DNA of 63,535 nt, filler included, from Octopus bimaculoides (GCF_001194135.2; 6 parts of 5 records of this genome joined end to end with filler, not necessarily neighbours in it); one strand, 5' to 3'; shown: positions 39,111 to 52,147, counted from the first letter of the whole stretch. The notes: generated from the sequence alone by a model not told the origin. Program-made: numbers and translations.

Positions 39111-40635
39111 TACATGCATATATACAAACATACACACATACATACATACATACATACATACATACATACATACACACATACATACATGTTAGATAGCCCA
39201 AAAAGAAAGCTGCTATATATATATATATANNNNNNNNNNNNNNNNNNNNNNNNNNNNNNNNNNNNNNNNNNNNNNNNNNNNNNNNNNNNNNNNNNNNNNN
39301 NNNNNNNNNNNNNNNNNNNNNNNNNNNNNNNNNNNNNNNNNNNNNNNNNNNNNNNNNNNNNNNNNNNNNNNNNNNNNNNNNNNNNNNNNNNNNNNNNNNN
39401 NNNNNNNNNNNNNNNNNNNNNNNNNNNNNNNNNNNNNNNNNNNNNNNNNNNNNNNNNNNNNNNNNNNNNNNNNNNNNNNNNNNNNNNNNNNNNNNNNNNN
39501 NNNNNNNNNNNNNNNNNNNNNNNNNNNNNNNNNNNNNNNNNNNNNNNNNNNNNNNNNNNNNNNNNNNNNNNNNNNNNNNNNNNNNNNNNNNNNNNNNNNN
39601 NNNNNNNNNNNNNNNNNNNNNNNNNNNNNNNNNNNNNNNNNNNNNNNNNNNNNNNNNNNNNNNNNNNNNNNNNNNNNNNNNNNNNNNNNNNNNNNNNNNN
39701 NNNNNNNNNNNNNNNNNNNNNNNNNNNNNNNNNNNNNNNNNNNNNNNNNNNNNNNNNNNNNNNNNNNNNNNNNNNNNNNNNNNNNNNNNNNNNNNNNNNN
39801 NNNNNNNNNNNNNNNNNNNNNNNNNNNNNNNNNNNNNNNNNNNNNNNNNNNNNNNNNNNNNNNNNNNNNNNNNNNNNNNNNNNNNNNNNNNNNNNNNNNN
39901 NNNNNNNNNNNNNNNNNNATATATATATATATATAGTCATTCAGTCCAATGGCGAATCCGTATTTCCGGTGTTTCTGGGAAACTCGGTATAGTGACGGAA
40001 TATGAATTCCTCTAGACAAACGAAACGTATAGACACATATTAGATGTATTGAGTTCCTCTAATTCAATCAGTCGTGCACCAAAATATATAAATATAAACA
40101 TAGATATTAGATAACTAAGAAAGGAAGCCGCTACTTAACTTGATAAAGAGAGAAGGCAATTCACCCTAAAATTACACTACCGTTTTAAAATCGGAAGTAT
40201 ACATTAGACAATGTAGTCAAAAAAGGCGGGACGGTCAGTGCTGGATCGACTTCGATCATTGATCTGCTCGATTATTGTTGACCTAAAACAACAACGACGA
40301 CACGAAATAAATCTTGTTTATAAAGGTGGGAATGTGTTTCATTATGTGACCGATGTGCAGAGACACACCGTATAGATGTCACGCCCCTAAACAAGTTTGG
40401 TACACAACAAGCATGAAGTCTCCATAAACACACAGCAACAGTCTTAGTTAGATTTTCTGACATGCAAATCAATAGTTTATTCTTTTTTTTTTTTTTTTGT
40501 AGTATCTAATACTAGGCTTTTATGCATGCATACATACATACATACATGTACGTATGGATGCATTTATATATGCATAAATACGAAAATATACGTGTGTATG
40601 TAGTCATATATACATACGTATAAATACATATATAT

Positions 40636-40674
<39 letters not shown>

Positions 40675-41491
40675 GTAATATATATGTATACTNNNNNNNN
40701 NNNNNNNNNNNNNNNNNNNNNNNNNNNNNNNNNNNNNNNNNNNNNNNNNNNNNNNNNNNNNNNNNNNNNNNNNNNNNNNNNNNNNNNNNNNNNNNNNNNN
40801 NNNNNNNNNNNNNNNNNNNNNNNNNNNNNNNNNNNNNNNNNNNNNNNNNNNNNNNNNNNNNNNNNNNNNNNNNNNNNNNNNNNNNNNNNNNNNNNNNNNN
40901 NNNNNNNNNNNNNNNNNNNNNNNNNNNNNNNNNNNNNNNNNNNNNNNNNNNNNNNNNNNNNNNNNNNNNNNNNNNNNNNNNNNNNNNNNNNNNNNNNNNN
41001 NNNNNNNNNNNNNNNNNNNNNNNNNNNNNNNNNNNNNNNNNNNNNNNNNNNNNNNNNNNNNNNNNNNNNNNNNNNNNNNNNNNNNNNNNNNNNNNNNNNN
41101 NNNNNNNNNNNNNNNNNNNNNNNNNNNNNNNNNNNNNNNNNNNNNNNNNNNNNNNNNNNNNNNNNNNNNNNNNNNNNNNNNNNNNNNNNNNNNNNNNNNN
41201 NNNNNNNNNNNNNNNNNNNNNNNNNNNNNNNNNNNNNNNNNNNNNNNNNNNNNNNNNNNNNNNNNNNNNNNNNNNNNNNNNNNNNNNNNNNNNNNNNNNN
41301 NNNNNNNNNNNNNNNNNNNNNNNNNNNNNNNNNNNNNNNNNNNNNGCAGGTACCATAAGATTACTTGAATTCCTTAGAGGATTTGATGCGGATGTGGAAA
41401 TTGTTGCGTCCGTTTGGCTCGCACACTCAATCACATACACAGATACATACGCTCTCGCTCTCTTCCACATAGTCACACATACACACATAAA

Positions 41492-41549
<58 letters not shown>

Positions 41550-41633
41550 ACATGCAAGCATACATACACGTAATATTGTGTTACGATCCGCACAAGGAGT
41601 ACTCAGTACACGCATAAAGCCATTATGAAATTA

Positions 41634-41730
41634 TTTCCTCCAGTCTGATGAAGTGTCGGCCGGTAAGGTGGCTGAAACGGCCTGTTACACAGGAATTTCC
41701 GCAGCTGATACTTCGTCAGACAAGAGGAAA
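41634..41730. ncRNA. 97-nt foldback made of two opposed HHR-like 5' halves; the minus strand (41681-41724) forms a weak type-I HHR
   Basis: 27-nt arms pair at 25/27 positions (3 are G-U). Minus strand: CTTGT-CTGACGA-AGTATCAGCTGCG-GAA-ATTCCTGTGT-A-ACAGG. Confidence 0.5.
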
Positions 41731-41949
41731 CTCCAGAGTAACAGGCCACTGGGCCGGCTTAAATGAATTATTATTGTGTGTGTGTGAGTGTGAGTGTGTG
41801 TGTTTGAGTGTATGTGTATGTGTGTGTGTGTGTGTGTGCGCGCGAGTGTGTGTGCGTGCGTGTACGTGAATACTTGCATACAGACATGACGAAGAGACTG
41901 ATTAAATGCAAACACGCAATACGAATGTATGGATATACTTATAAGTGGT

Positions 41950-42000
<51 letters not shown>

Positions 42001-42565
42001 NNNNNNNNNNNNNNNNNNNNNNNNNNNNNNNNNNNNNNNNNNNNNNNNNNNNNNNNNNNNNNNNNNNNNNNNNNNNNNNNNNNNNNNNNNNNNNNNNNNN
42101 NNNNNNNNNNNNNNNNNNNNNNNNNNNNNNNNNNNNNNNNNNNNNNNNNNNNNNNNNNNNNNNNNNNNNNNNNNNNNNNNNNNNNNNNNNNNNNNNNNNN
42201 NNNNNNNNNNNNNNNNNNNNNNNNNNNNNNNNNNNNNNNNNNNNNNNNNNNNNNNNNNNNNNNNNNNNNNNNNNNNNNNNNNNNNNNNNNNNNNNNNNNN
42301 NNNNNNNNNNNNNNNNNNNNNNNNNNNNNNNNNNNNNNNNNNNNNNNNNNNNNNNNNNNNNNNNNNNNNNNNNNNNNNNNNNNNNNNNNNNNNNNNNNNN
42401 NNNNNNNNNNNNNNNNNNNNNNNNNNNNNNNNNNNNNNNNNNNNNNNNNNNNNNNNNNNNNNNNNNNNNNNNNNNNNNNNNNNNNNNNNNNNNNNNNNNN
42501 NNNNNNNNNNNNNNNNNNNNNNNNNNNNNNNNNNNNNNNNNNNNNNNCGCGTGTGTGTGTGTGTG

Positions 42566-42621
<56 letters not shown>

Positions 42622-44352
42622 CCATCAATAAGAAATACTCACAGTTATTTTGTGCCTGGTTCTTTTGCTTCTTAATTTGATCCCGTTTTAGCTACATCAA
42701 TAGTATACATACGCATATATACCTGCATATATAAATATATATTTATATATATACGAAGATATCACATATGGGTGTGTGTATGTGAGTGTATATATTATGG
42801 AGGTATGATGACTAGGATGCTGGCTGAACGCTTGATGGGTCTTGCTGAAACTTTTTTTTGACAAGCTAAAACCTAGCTGTTTACGTCTTGCGTCTGCACA
42901 GAGATGATCTCTTTTCTTGTACCCCTTCTTCTCTTCCCCGTCTTTCGCACCTTGATAGGGGTTTATCTGCTTAAATCAGGGTATTTTGAAGGGACCCGCT
43001 GCCTCGGCTTTTATATATAGCACGAGGAAATTGTTCTCAGTTATGGGAATTGTCCAATGAGTCGCTTTCATCCGCGATCTGTCATTATGCGGGTTCCAGC
43101 TCAATACTGCCAGGCCCACCTCTTTTATATTTTTTATTTTTTATTTTTTTTAAGCTTAATTCCTCTTCTTGTTCCCCTATCATCCTTCCCCCTTCATCTT
43201 CTACCTTCATATATTTGCCCACCCTCATATCATCACCACCTACCCCCTTGTTTGTTTATGATTCTTTTATTTACATTAATCGCTGGCGCGCCACAACCAC
43301 TACCCTTGTCTCCCACCACCACCATCATTTAAACCACCACCACTACCGCTTTCTCTCTCTCTCTCTCTCTCTCTCCCTCTTTCTCTCCCCCCTACCCGCC
43401 AGTCTACCACTGTAACCACCACTATATCAGACACTACCATCACCTCCACCGCCTTTGCTAACTCTTTCACCTGCGAGTTTCAAGAAGTTTCGTTTTGTTT
43501 TACTTCTTCCGAGACTTTTTATCCTGCATCTTGATCTTTTAATGTCTTGCTGACACCTCCACCATTATTANNNNNNNNNNNNNNNNNNNNNNNNNNNNNN
43601 NNNNNNNNNNNNNNNNNNNNNNNNNNNNNNNNNNNNNNNNNNNNNNNNNNNNNNNNNNNNNNNNNNNNNNNNNNNNNNNNNNNNNNNNNNNNNNNNNNNN
43701 NNNNNNNNNNNNNNNNNNNNNNNNNNNNNNNNNNNNNNNNNNNNNNNNNNNNNNNNNNNNNNNNNNNNNNNNNNNNNNNNNNNNNNNNNNNNNNNNNNNN
43801 NNNNNNNNNNNNNNNNNNNNNNNNNNNNNNNNNNNNNNNNNNNNNNNNNNNNNNNNNNNNNNNNNNNNNNNNNNNNNNNNNNNNNNNNNNNNNNNNNNNN
43901 NNNNNNNNNNNNNNNNNNNNNNNNNNNNNNNNNNNNNNNNNNNNNNNNNNNNNNNNNNNNNNNNNNNNNNNNNNNNNNNNNNNNNNNNNNNNNNNNNNNN
44001 NNNNNNNNNNNNNNNNNNNNNNNNNNNNNNNNNNNNNNNNNNNNNNNNNNNNNNNNNNNNNNNNNNNNNNNNNNNNNNNNNNNNNNNNNNNNNNNNNNNN
44101 NNNNNNNNNNNNNNNNNNNNNNNNNNNNNNNNNNNNNNNNNNNCCCCCCCCCCCTATATCTCTTTACCTCTCCTTAACTCCTCCAGCAACACCCCCCCCT
44201 TCCTTGAACCATAACGGTCTATATCTATCTCCCTCTCATATACATACATACATACATACATAAATATATACATACATAAACATGTACTACGTACATATAT
44301 ATATGCGCGTGTCTATGCGTGTATACATGCATATATATGTACGTGTGTGTGT

Positions 44353-44395
<43 letters not shown>

Positions 44396-44825
44396 TGTAT
44401 GCGTGTATATATATATATATATGTGTGTGTGTGTATATATCACATATATATATATATATGTATGTATACATACATGTATGTATGTATGTATGTACGTGCA
44501 CACACGCATACATTTATATATTGCGTTCTTTCGTCATCACAGCATTCCTCCTCCCTCTCTTCAACGATCACACTCTTTTACAGTTATTCTCATTTTCTCT
44601 CTCTCTCTCTCTCTCTCTCTCTTCCCCCCTGCTTCACTTCCTTCTATCTTGTGTACCCCCCACCCACCGCCGCCTCTCACTACTACCACGACTCACCAAA
44701 ATCTTTCTTCTCCGTTTCCACTCCAGCTTGGACTCCGTCTCTCAATGTTTTTTTCACTCATCCTTTCTCCCTTTTCACAAATCATTTTCCTCCCACTCCT
44801 TGTTACCGTCATCATCCCGCCATCC

Positions 44826-44905
<80 letters not shown>

Positions 44906-45957
44906 TCCACTCAAAGTCTTCCTTTACCTCAAAGCATTTTCTTTATTTATTTCTTCTCCATCCTCAACACTAACCCTACAACTCCTACCACCGACACCAC
45001 CACCACCACTACTGAACGCTTTGCTCTCCTCCCACCACTTACTCCTTACGTCTTTCCCCCTCTTCACTCTTCGCTTCTACTGATTCCTCACCCTCTCATT
45101 CCCACCATCAGTCAGTGCAGGCCTCCCTCTAGCCACTACTCCTCACTCTTATTACCCACCATATACTCCACCACCGTCACCCCCTCCACTATTTGTGTCT
45201 GTCCTTCCCCTTCCCTCGTTCTCTCTCCTTCGCTGCCTCAGCCTACTCCTCACTATTATTGTTACAGACAGTTAGCTAGGATCAATGGTGCAGCGTTTGG
45301 TTAATAGCTGGACATATACTTCCACCACCACCTGCTACAACTACTACTGTAACTATTGCTCCTACTACTCTCTTTTCACTCACCTTCCCGCCGCCGCCTC
45401 CGACTCGCTTTACTACTCCTACTCTCCTTCCACTACTCCCTCTCTCCTTCTCTTTCAGTTGTAGTTACAGTTCCTTCTACCCTTAATGACCACGCTCTCG
45501 CTTTCTCTCACTCCCTTTCTTTTATTCTCTTTCCATCTCTTCTTTTCCTTTCTTCATCTCTTACCCTTGGTCTCCCTCACTTCCCTTTCTCAGCTGCAAT
45601 TTCGGCTGCCGTTTCTGATTTTCTCTTTCTCTCTCCTTCTCCCTCTCTCTCTCACTCTTACTCTCTCGCTCACTCATTCGCTGACTCTCTCATTCACTCA
45701 TTCTGTTTCTCTCCCTCGATCTCTCCCACTTTCTTCTACTCACCATCGTCGTAAGCTATTTCCCTGTTCTCATACCTCCTCCCTCTGTTCCTCCATCGTC
45801 TTTTCTCCACTCCGGCGTCATCCTCCCGCCGTCACCTTCCTTTCACACCCTTTCCCTTTCTCTTTTTTTCTGTTTCTGTTTTCCCATCATCCTTCATTTT
45901 TCCGTCGTCTGCTTCAATGAATAACAGCTCTTTACCTTAACTTTGAATAACTACTCT

Positions 45958-45991
<34 letters not shown>

Positions 45992-46883
45992 NNNNNNNNN
46001 NNNNNNNNNNNNNNNNNNNNNNNNNNNNNNNNNNNNNNNNNNNNNNNNNNNNNNNNNNNNNNNNNNNNNNNNNNNNNNNNNNNNNNNNNNNNNNNNNNNN
46101 NNNNNNNNNNNNNNNNNNNNNNNNNNNNNNNNNNNNNNNNNNNNNNNNNNNNNNNNNNNNNNNNNNNNNNNNNNNNNNNNNNNNNNNNNNNNNNNNNNNN
46201 NNNNNNNNNNNNNNNNNNNNNNNNNNNNNNNNNNNNNNNNNNNNNNNNNNNNNNNNNNNNNNNNNNNNNNNNNNNNNNNNNNNNNNNNNNNNNNNNNNNN
46301 NNNNNNNNNNNNNNNNNNNNNNNNNNNNNNNNNNNNNNNNNNNNNNNNNNNNNNNNNNNNNNNNNNNNNNNNNNNNNNNNNNNNNNNNNNNNNNNNNNNN
46401 NNNNNNNNNNNNNNNNNNNNNNNNNNNNNNNNNNNNNNNNNNNNNNNNNNNNNNNNNNNNNNNNNNNNNNNNNNNNNNNNNNNNNNNNNNNNNNNNNNNN
46501 NNNNNNNNNNNNNNNNNNNNNNNNNNNCACGCCCCCCCCCAAGTCATAATAGCGACCCCTATCTTGCTTCACGTCCATCCACGTCCCTCCCTTAATACCG
46601 ACCCCTATCCAATCATCCCTATTCCCCCCATACAAAAGACCCCTATATCCCCGCCCCACCATATCAAACTTTTTTCCTACTTCTACAACAGACTTAAAAA
46701 CTTTTCTTGTTAATTCATCTTTTGTTTTCTTGCTGTTGCTGCAGTCGAAACTACTGTTGCCAGTGTTGTTGTTGATGTTACTCGTGTTGTTATTGTTGTT
46801 CGTGTTGATTTCACATTGTTAATATTGGTGTAATTGTTGTTATTGTTTGTCATTATTATTAATAGATTAATTGAGGTGGATTA

Positions 46884-47235
46884 CAGCGATGAAGTGGCAG
46901 AATCGTTAGCACGCCAGGCAAAATGCTTAGTGACAGTTCGTTCGTCTTCACGTTCTGAGTTCAAATTCCGCTGAAGTCCACTTGACTTTTCAGAGTCGAT
47001 AAAATATATACCAGTTTAGTACAAGGGTCGATGTAATCGACTTTCTCCCTCACTCGAAATTTCTGGCCTTGTGCCAAAATTTGAAGACATTAGCAGAGAG
47101 GCGGATGAAAGCGAAGAACTGGCAGAATCGTTTGCATTTCGGACAAAACGCTTTAGTGGTATTTCTTCTGAATTTTTAAATTTTGAGTTGGCCTTTCATT
47201 CTTTCGGAATCGATAAAAATAAGTACCAATCGAAT
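46884..47235 (+). mobile_element. Two tandem copies of tRNA-derived SINE family B
   Basis: gtggcagaatcgttagcacgccaggcaaaatgcttag (A-box region)..tgagttcaaattccgc (B-box)..gtcgataaaa..gtcgatgtaatcgact..ggccttgtgccaaaatttgaa. Confidence 0.85.
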
Positions 47236-47557
47236 ACTATTTGTGCTGAGCAAAGTTGGAAATGATGAGTAGAGAATTGGATTAAGGTGACAGCTAGAGA
47301 GTTGCGTTAAGGTGATATATATATATATATGTATGTATGTTTGTATGCATGTATGTATGTATATTATATGTATGACATTATAATCAAGGATAAAATCTAA
47401 ATAGGATTTTATCAAGTATTTAGCATGTAATAAACCATTTATGCAAAAATTGCTACAAAGTATTTAATTTTATAAATAAATAAATAAATATCTATATATA
47501 TATATAATGATAATAATATTAGGGAGAAAAATTCAAATTTACAGATAAAAACTCAAT

Positions 47558-47601
<44 letters not shown>

Positions 47602-47645
47602 ACACAAACAAGCCAACGCTGGTGGGATCAAACATAAACACAAAG

Positions 47646-47690
<45 letters not shown>

Positions 47691-48134
47691 TATAATTATT
47701 AAAGTGGAAAAGTTATCAGAAAAAGGTATCTATTCAATTTTTCATATATATATATATATATATANNNNNNNNNNNNNNNNNNNNNNNNNNNNNNNNNNNN
47801 NNNNNNNNNNNNNNNNNNNNNNNNNNNNNNNNNNNNNNNNNNNNNNNNNNNNNNNNNNNNNNNNNNNNNNNNNNNNNNNNNNNNNNNNNNNNNNNNNNNN
47901 NNNNNNNNNNNNNNNNNNNNNNNNNNNNNNNNNNNNNNNNNNNNNNNNNNNNNNNNNNNNNNNNNNNNNNNNNNNNNNNNNNNNNNNNNNNNNNNNNNNN
48001 NNNNNNNNNNNNNNNNNNNNNNNNNNNNNNNNNNNNNNNNNNNNNNNNNNNNNNNNNNNNNNNNNNNNNNNNNNNNNNNNNNNNNNNNNNNNNNNNNNNN
48101 NNNNNNNNNNNNNNNNNNNNNNNNNNNAATACAA

Positions 48135-48345
48135 ATGATATATGAGCATATACATATATGTACATACCTACATCTACATGTATATATAGATGCATATCCG
48201 GGTACAGGACGTCAAAAAAGGAACGGGAACAATAACAAAGCACAAAAAAACGGACTTTCTTTTACGGACAACAGAATGAACACACAGGAAAACAGACGAG
48301 CCACCTATGGAACTTTTCCTTCATCAGCTGCCTCTATTCTAAACT
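48135..48345 (+). repeat. Interspersed pLTR-like repeat (family also at 50020-50212 on the minus strand and 57240-57542)
   Basis: Shared catatatgtacatacc..acat..gggtacaggac(g/a)tcaaaaaa block. Confidence 0.65.
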
Positions 48346-48500
48346 AGGCGTTTCGAAATATATATATTTTTTGTTTTTGTTTTTTAAAATTTCCTTCGCG
48401 ATTTAGTATAGCTCTAGCCTACCCTAGCAGTATCCTTCATCCATCGCTTTTTTTTGCAACAACTAAGGATTATTATTATTAGTAATAGCAATAGTAGCAA

Positions 48501-48935
48501 CGCGGCAAGTTGGCACAATCGTTAGCGAGCCGGGCAAAAATGCTTAATGGCATTTCGTACGCTCTTATGTTCTGAGTTCAAATTCCGCTGAAATCGACTT
48601 TGTCTTTTAGCCATTGGAGATCGATAAAATAAGTATCAGTTGAATACTGGGCCGATGAAATCGGCTTACCCCTTTCTCCGAAATTGCTGGCCTTGTGCCA
48701 AAACTTGAAATCATTATTGTTGTTGTTGTTCAGGCAGCATCATTAGCAGCTGGGTAAAATACTTAGCGCTTAGCTCTTCATCTTTTCGAGATCGACAAAT
48801 TAAGTACCAGTTAAGTACTGGAGTCGATGTAATCGACTTACCACCTTCTCCAAAATTACCGGCCTTGTGCCAAAATTTGAAGCCATTATTATAACTGTTA
48901 TAGCTATTAAGGCAGCGAGCTGGCACAATCGTTAA
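48501..48935 (+). mobile_element. Cluster of SINE family B copies (about 48501-48718, 48745-48890, and a head only at 48911-48935)
   Basis: Repeated tggcacaatcgttag heads, tgagttcaaattccgc B-box and ggccttgtgccaaaa 3' motifs. Confidence 0.82.
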
Positions 48936-49028
48936 TACACTTCGCGGTTATTCTTCTGACTTTTCGGCAGAATTAATCGATTATAAAATTTCACTTTCTT
49001 TTCAATCACTGTGATTACGCAAGAGTAA

Positions 49029-49064
<36 letters not shown>

Positions 49065-49153
49065 GAGAATGTACGAAAAAACAACAACAGACGAGGACAG
49101 GTGGTGTAAATAACAAAAGGATGTATTAGTATGACGCTCGGGAATACGGAAAG

Positions 49154-49190
49154 TCTTTGACGTTTCGAGCTACGCTCTTCAACAGAAAGA
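49154..49190 (-). ncRNA. Minimal type-I hammerhead motif with core variant CTGTTGA, inside a pLTR-like repeat (about 49062-49255)
   Basis: TCTTT-CTGTTGA-A-GAGC-GTA-GCTC-GAA-ACGT-C-AAAGA: perfect stems I and II, palindromic stem III, triplet GUC. Confidence 0.68.
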
Positions 49191-49302
49191 ATACGGAGAC
49201 AAGGAGAAAAACACGGAGAAAAAAGATTGAATAGTGTTCAGTCAACGGTCAATCATATATATATATATATATATATATGAATATGTATATATACACACAC
49301 AC

Positions 49303-49511
49303 ACAGAGTAGAACCTCGGTTTTCGAACAACTCATGAATAAATTGTACTTTATCTCCTGTCATTCTAATATTCATTTAATACAGTTGTACCTCAGTTTAC
49401 GAGCGCCTCTGATCACGAATAAATCATGCATTATATATATCTATATCTATCGATATATATAAAGCATGATTTATTCGCGATGAGAGTTGTTCGAAAACCG
49501 AGGCACTACTG
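49303..49511. mobile_element. Tigger/pogo-like MITE (49382-49511) with TA flanks, plus an extra upstream TIR copy
   Basis: TA|CAGTTGTACCTC..gaataaatcatgc versus gcatgatttattc..gaggcactactg|TA; 49314-49333 is the exact reverse complement of 49484-49503. Confidence 0.75.
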
Positions 49512-49624
49512 TATATGTATACATTGTTGAGGTTATAAGAATTTTTTTTATAAAACTTTTGAGAGAACATGAAATAATTCTTTTTGGGAAAATCTCGAAA
49601 CGCAAAGCTGTAAACAATACCTTT

Positions 49625-49838
49625 TACTATAGGGACAAGGCCTGGAATTCGGTAGGAGGTAGATAGTCGATTACATCGAACTCAGTATTCGACTGGTATT
49701 TATTACATAAATTACTGAAAGGGATAAAAAGAAAAGTCATCCCCGGCGGTATTTGAACTCAGAACGAATAGAGAAGAGAAACGCCTCTAATAATTTTTTT
49801 GTCAGGCGCTCTAGCGGTTCTGCCAGCTCGTCGCCTTA
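49625..49838 (-). mobile_element. SINE family B copy
   Basis: acaaggcc..agtcgattacatcga..tttgaactcagaacg..ttctgccagctcgtcgcctta is the reverse complement of the family B sequence. Confidence 0.8.
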
Positions 49839-49915
49839 CATAAACCCATCCGTTAATTACGTGTAAATTTTGGGAAGAAAACCCTTTTGGCTACAAAAAA
49901 AAAAATCAAAGGCTG

Positions 49916-49952
<37 letters not shown>

Positions 49953-50019
49953 GCAAATACATAAACATATACGCATATACATACCAACGTGTGTATGTAT
50001 GGACAACTGAAGAGGGGTA

Positions 50020-50212
50020 ATATTCTTTATGTTGCATGTCTCGTTTCTCTGTGTGTTTCGTTGTTCGAAAAAGAAGTTCGTTTTCTGTTTTCGTTTTTGT
50101 TTTCGTTTCTCATTGTGTTTAACGTTTTTCTTGATGTCCTGTACCTATATATGCTTGTATGTATACATATAGATGTCGGTATGTACATATATGTATGGAT
50201 ATATGCATATAA
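50020..50212 (-). repeat. pLTR-like repeat copy (family of 57240-57424)
   Basis: cgtttctcattgtgtttaacgttttt..gatgtcctgtacc..gatgtcggtatgtacatatatgtatggatatatgcatata. Confidence 0.75.
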
Positions 50213-50225
50213 TTATATATTATTT

Positions 50226-50269
<44 letters not shown>

Positions 50270-50374
50270 TTTGTGCGTGTGTACATACATACATACATAC
50301 ATACATGCATACATACATACATGCATGCATGCATACATACATACATAATAAATACATATATATATATATATATT

Positions 50375-50423
<49 letters not shown>

Positions 50424-50811
50424 GTGTGTGTTTGTGTGTATGTGTGTGTACATGTGTATGTATGTATGTATGTATGTATGTATGTATACGCATATTAACG
50501 CGTATTTACGGCTATACTGGGGAACGATATATCAAACCATTGATTTGGGACAGTTAACTTTTAGTTGCAATATCTATAATATAATTTTGCCATAGAAATA
50601 AGATATGCTTTTCATATTTACGATTCTTTAACTACATCTAAATGTATATATTTTTAAACATCGAATATAATGTTTACATATCACATTATCTTAAACGTTA
50701 TGCGTTTAATTTAGTTGCTACAGTTCTTGTTTAGCCCAAGGACTGACCTCTTCAACTTACTTCAGATCAAAGACATTCAGGCTTCTTCTTATAACATCAT
50801 CATTTATCTTT

Positions 50812-50890
50812 TACTTGTTTCAGTCATTGAACTGCAGCCATGCTGGAGCACTGCCTACAAGAATTTTTAGTCGAATGAATCGAAAGAAGT
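50812..50890 (-). mobile_element. SINE family A 3' fragment
   Basis: ttacttgtttcagtcattgaactgcagccatgctggagcactgcc. Confidence 0.75.
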
Positions 50891-50892
50891 AG

Positions 50893-51327
50893 TATGGTGG
50901 ACCCGTTTGATTGAGCTAAAGACAGACACTTTCCTCTTTGGCCAAGCCCTCATCACTTGAAAAGGAAGTTGAGAGTGGAGAGGGAAGTGTTGCCTTGTAG
51001 CAAGTTTGTTGAAAGGTGGGTGAATGTTGGAAGAAGGGCCAGTGTGAAAGGACCAATTCTGAGCGTGCACCTGTGAAAAAATAAAGGAGAAGCGCTCTTG
51101 CCCTGTTGATCAGGCACCGTGGATTTTGTGGGGTTTTCCACGAGGACCTTAAAGCGCCTCCCCTTTTGGGAGTTTTAATTTGTTTAATTTCTATTGTTAT
51201 TTATATTGTTTACACGCGGAAAACCCATTGTATCGTCCTGTTTTTCTCTTTTATGTTGTATGTCATTTAATGTTTTTGCATGTGAGCCCTGTGACTAATA
51301 AAAGAATAAATTATTATTATTATTATT
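50893..51327 (+). mobile_element. L1/Tx1-like LINE 3' end with 3' UTR, AATAAA and (ATT)n tail
   Basis: VWWTRLIELKTDTFLFGQALI, then after a frameshift HLKRKLRVEREVLPCSKFVERWVNVGRR; homologous to 34115-34325; tail aataaaagaataaattattatt. Confidence 0.72.
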
Positions 51328-51609
51328 GAGTGAGAGAGCAACGCATGCCATCAAAGTGACACTGGGGTAAAATATACGAAGCCCAGTATACCCATCATGA
51401 CTACCCGTCTGATAAGGGTACACCAGGCACATGCATTACAACCATATGTGCGCGACATGGTGATCTCATATCAAGATAAACAGCGCATGACCTCGCAGGT
51501 GGAGCCCAGTTAGAATTTTCTTCAGGTCGGGTAGCCCATCCCGTTCAAAAGGTCCCTGAATAAGGTTTGTTTAAGGATGTTGAGCAAAACACCAATGTTT
51601 CCAAAGGTG
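51328..51609 (-). mobile_element. Unclassified non-coding retroelement segment ending in an (AAT)n tail on the minus strand
   Basis: Moderately GC-rich unique-looking block bounded on both sides by AAT/ATT tracts; the minus strand ends gctctctcactc(aat)n. The family assignment is uncertain. Confidence 0.4.
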
Positions 51610-51634
51610 ATTTATTATTATTATTATTATTATT

Positions 51635-52146
51635 ATTTTATGTTTGACTTTTGTTTTGCATTTGTACAAGTTNNNNNNNNNNNNNNNNNNNNNNNNNNNN
51701 NNNNNNNNNNNNNNNNNNNNNNNNNNNNNNNNNNNNNNNNNNNNNNNNNNNNNNNNNNNNNNNNNNNNNNNNNNNNNNNNNNNNNNNNNNNNNNNNNNNN
51801 NNNNNNNNNNNNNNNNNNNNNNNNNNNNNNNNNNNNNNNNNNNNNNNNNNNNNNNNNNNNNNNNNNNNNNNNNNNNNNNNNNNNNNNCTAGGTAGTAATC
51901 AGCCCGTTTCGCTGTCATTCCCAGGGCACCTATGACAATAGGTATTGTTTTCGTCTTCAGATTCCACATTTTGCTAATTTCTATTTCAAGATCTTTATAT
52001 TTGCTCAGTTTTTGGTAGGTCTTGACAGATACGTTTATATCAATTGGGACAGTCATATCAATGAGGAGGCATGATTTTTGTCTGAAGTCTTTCAGTATGA
52101 TGTCTGGCCTATTTGCGTCTATCTTTCTGTCAGTTTGAATGGTGAA

Positions 52147-52147
<1 letters not shown>
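51635..52147 (-). pseudogene. R4/Dong-like restriction-like endonuclease (RLE) domain and 3' end
   Basis: IQTDRKIDANRPDIILKD..CLLIDMTVP..KLSKYKDLEIEISKMW..KTIPIVIGALG (PD-D-K RLE motif); flanked by (AAT)n at both ends; an N-gap lies inside. Confidence 0.9.

Noticed and set aside
39985-40035. GAAACGTA-TAGAC hammerhead 3' half
   Set aside because: No recognisable CUGANGA core in register upstream.
42950-45940. Long Ser/Leu/Pro-rich ORFs in a pyrimidine-skewed tract
   Set aside because: Low-complexity CT/CCA-rich DNA depleted of stop codons; no domain signal.
48310-48355. CTGATGA-AGGAA..TTCC on the minus strand (also CTGAAGA at about 50008) as a type-I or type-II hammerhead
   Set aside because: GAAA does not follow stem II, and the permuted fold lacks stem I; at most a truncated half.
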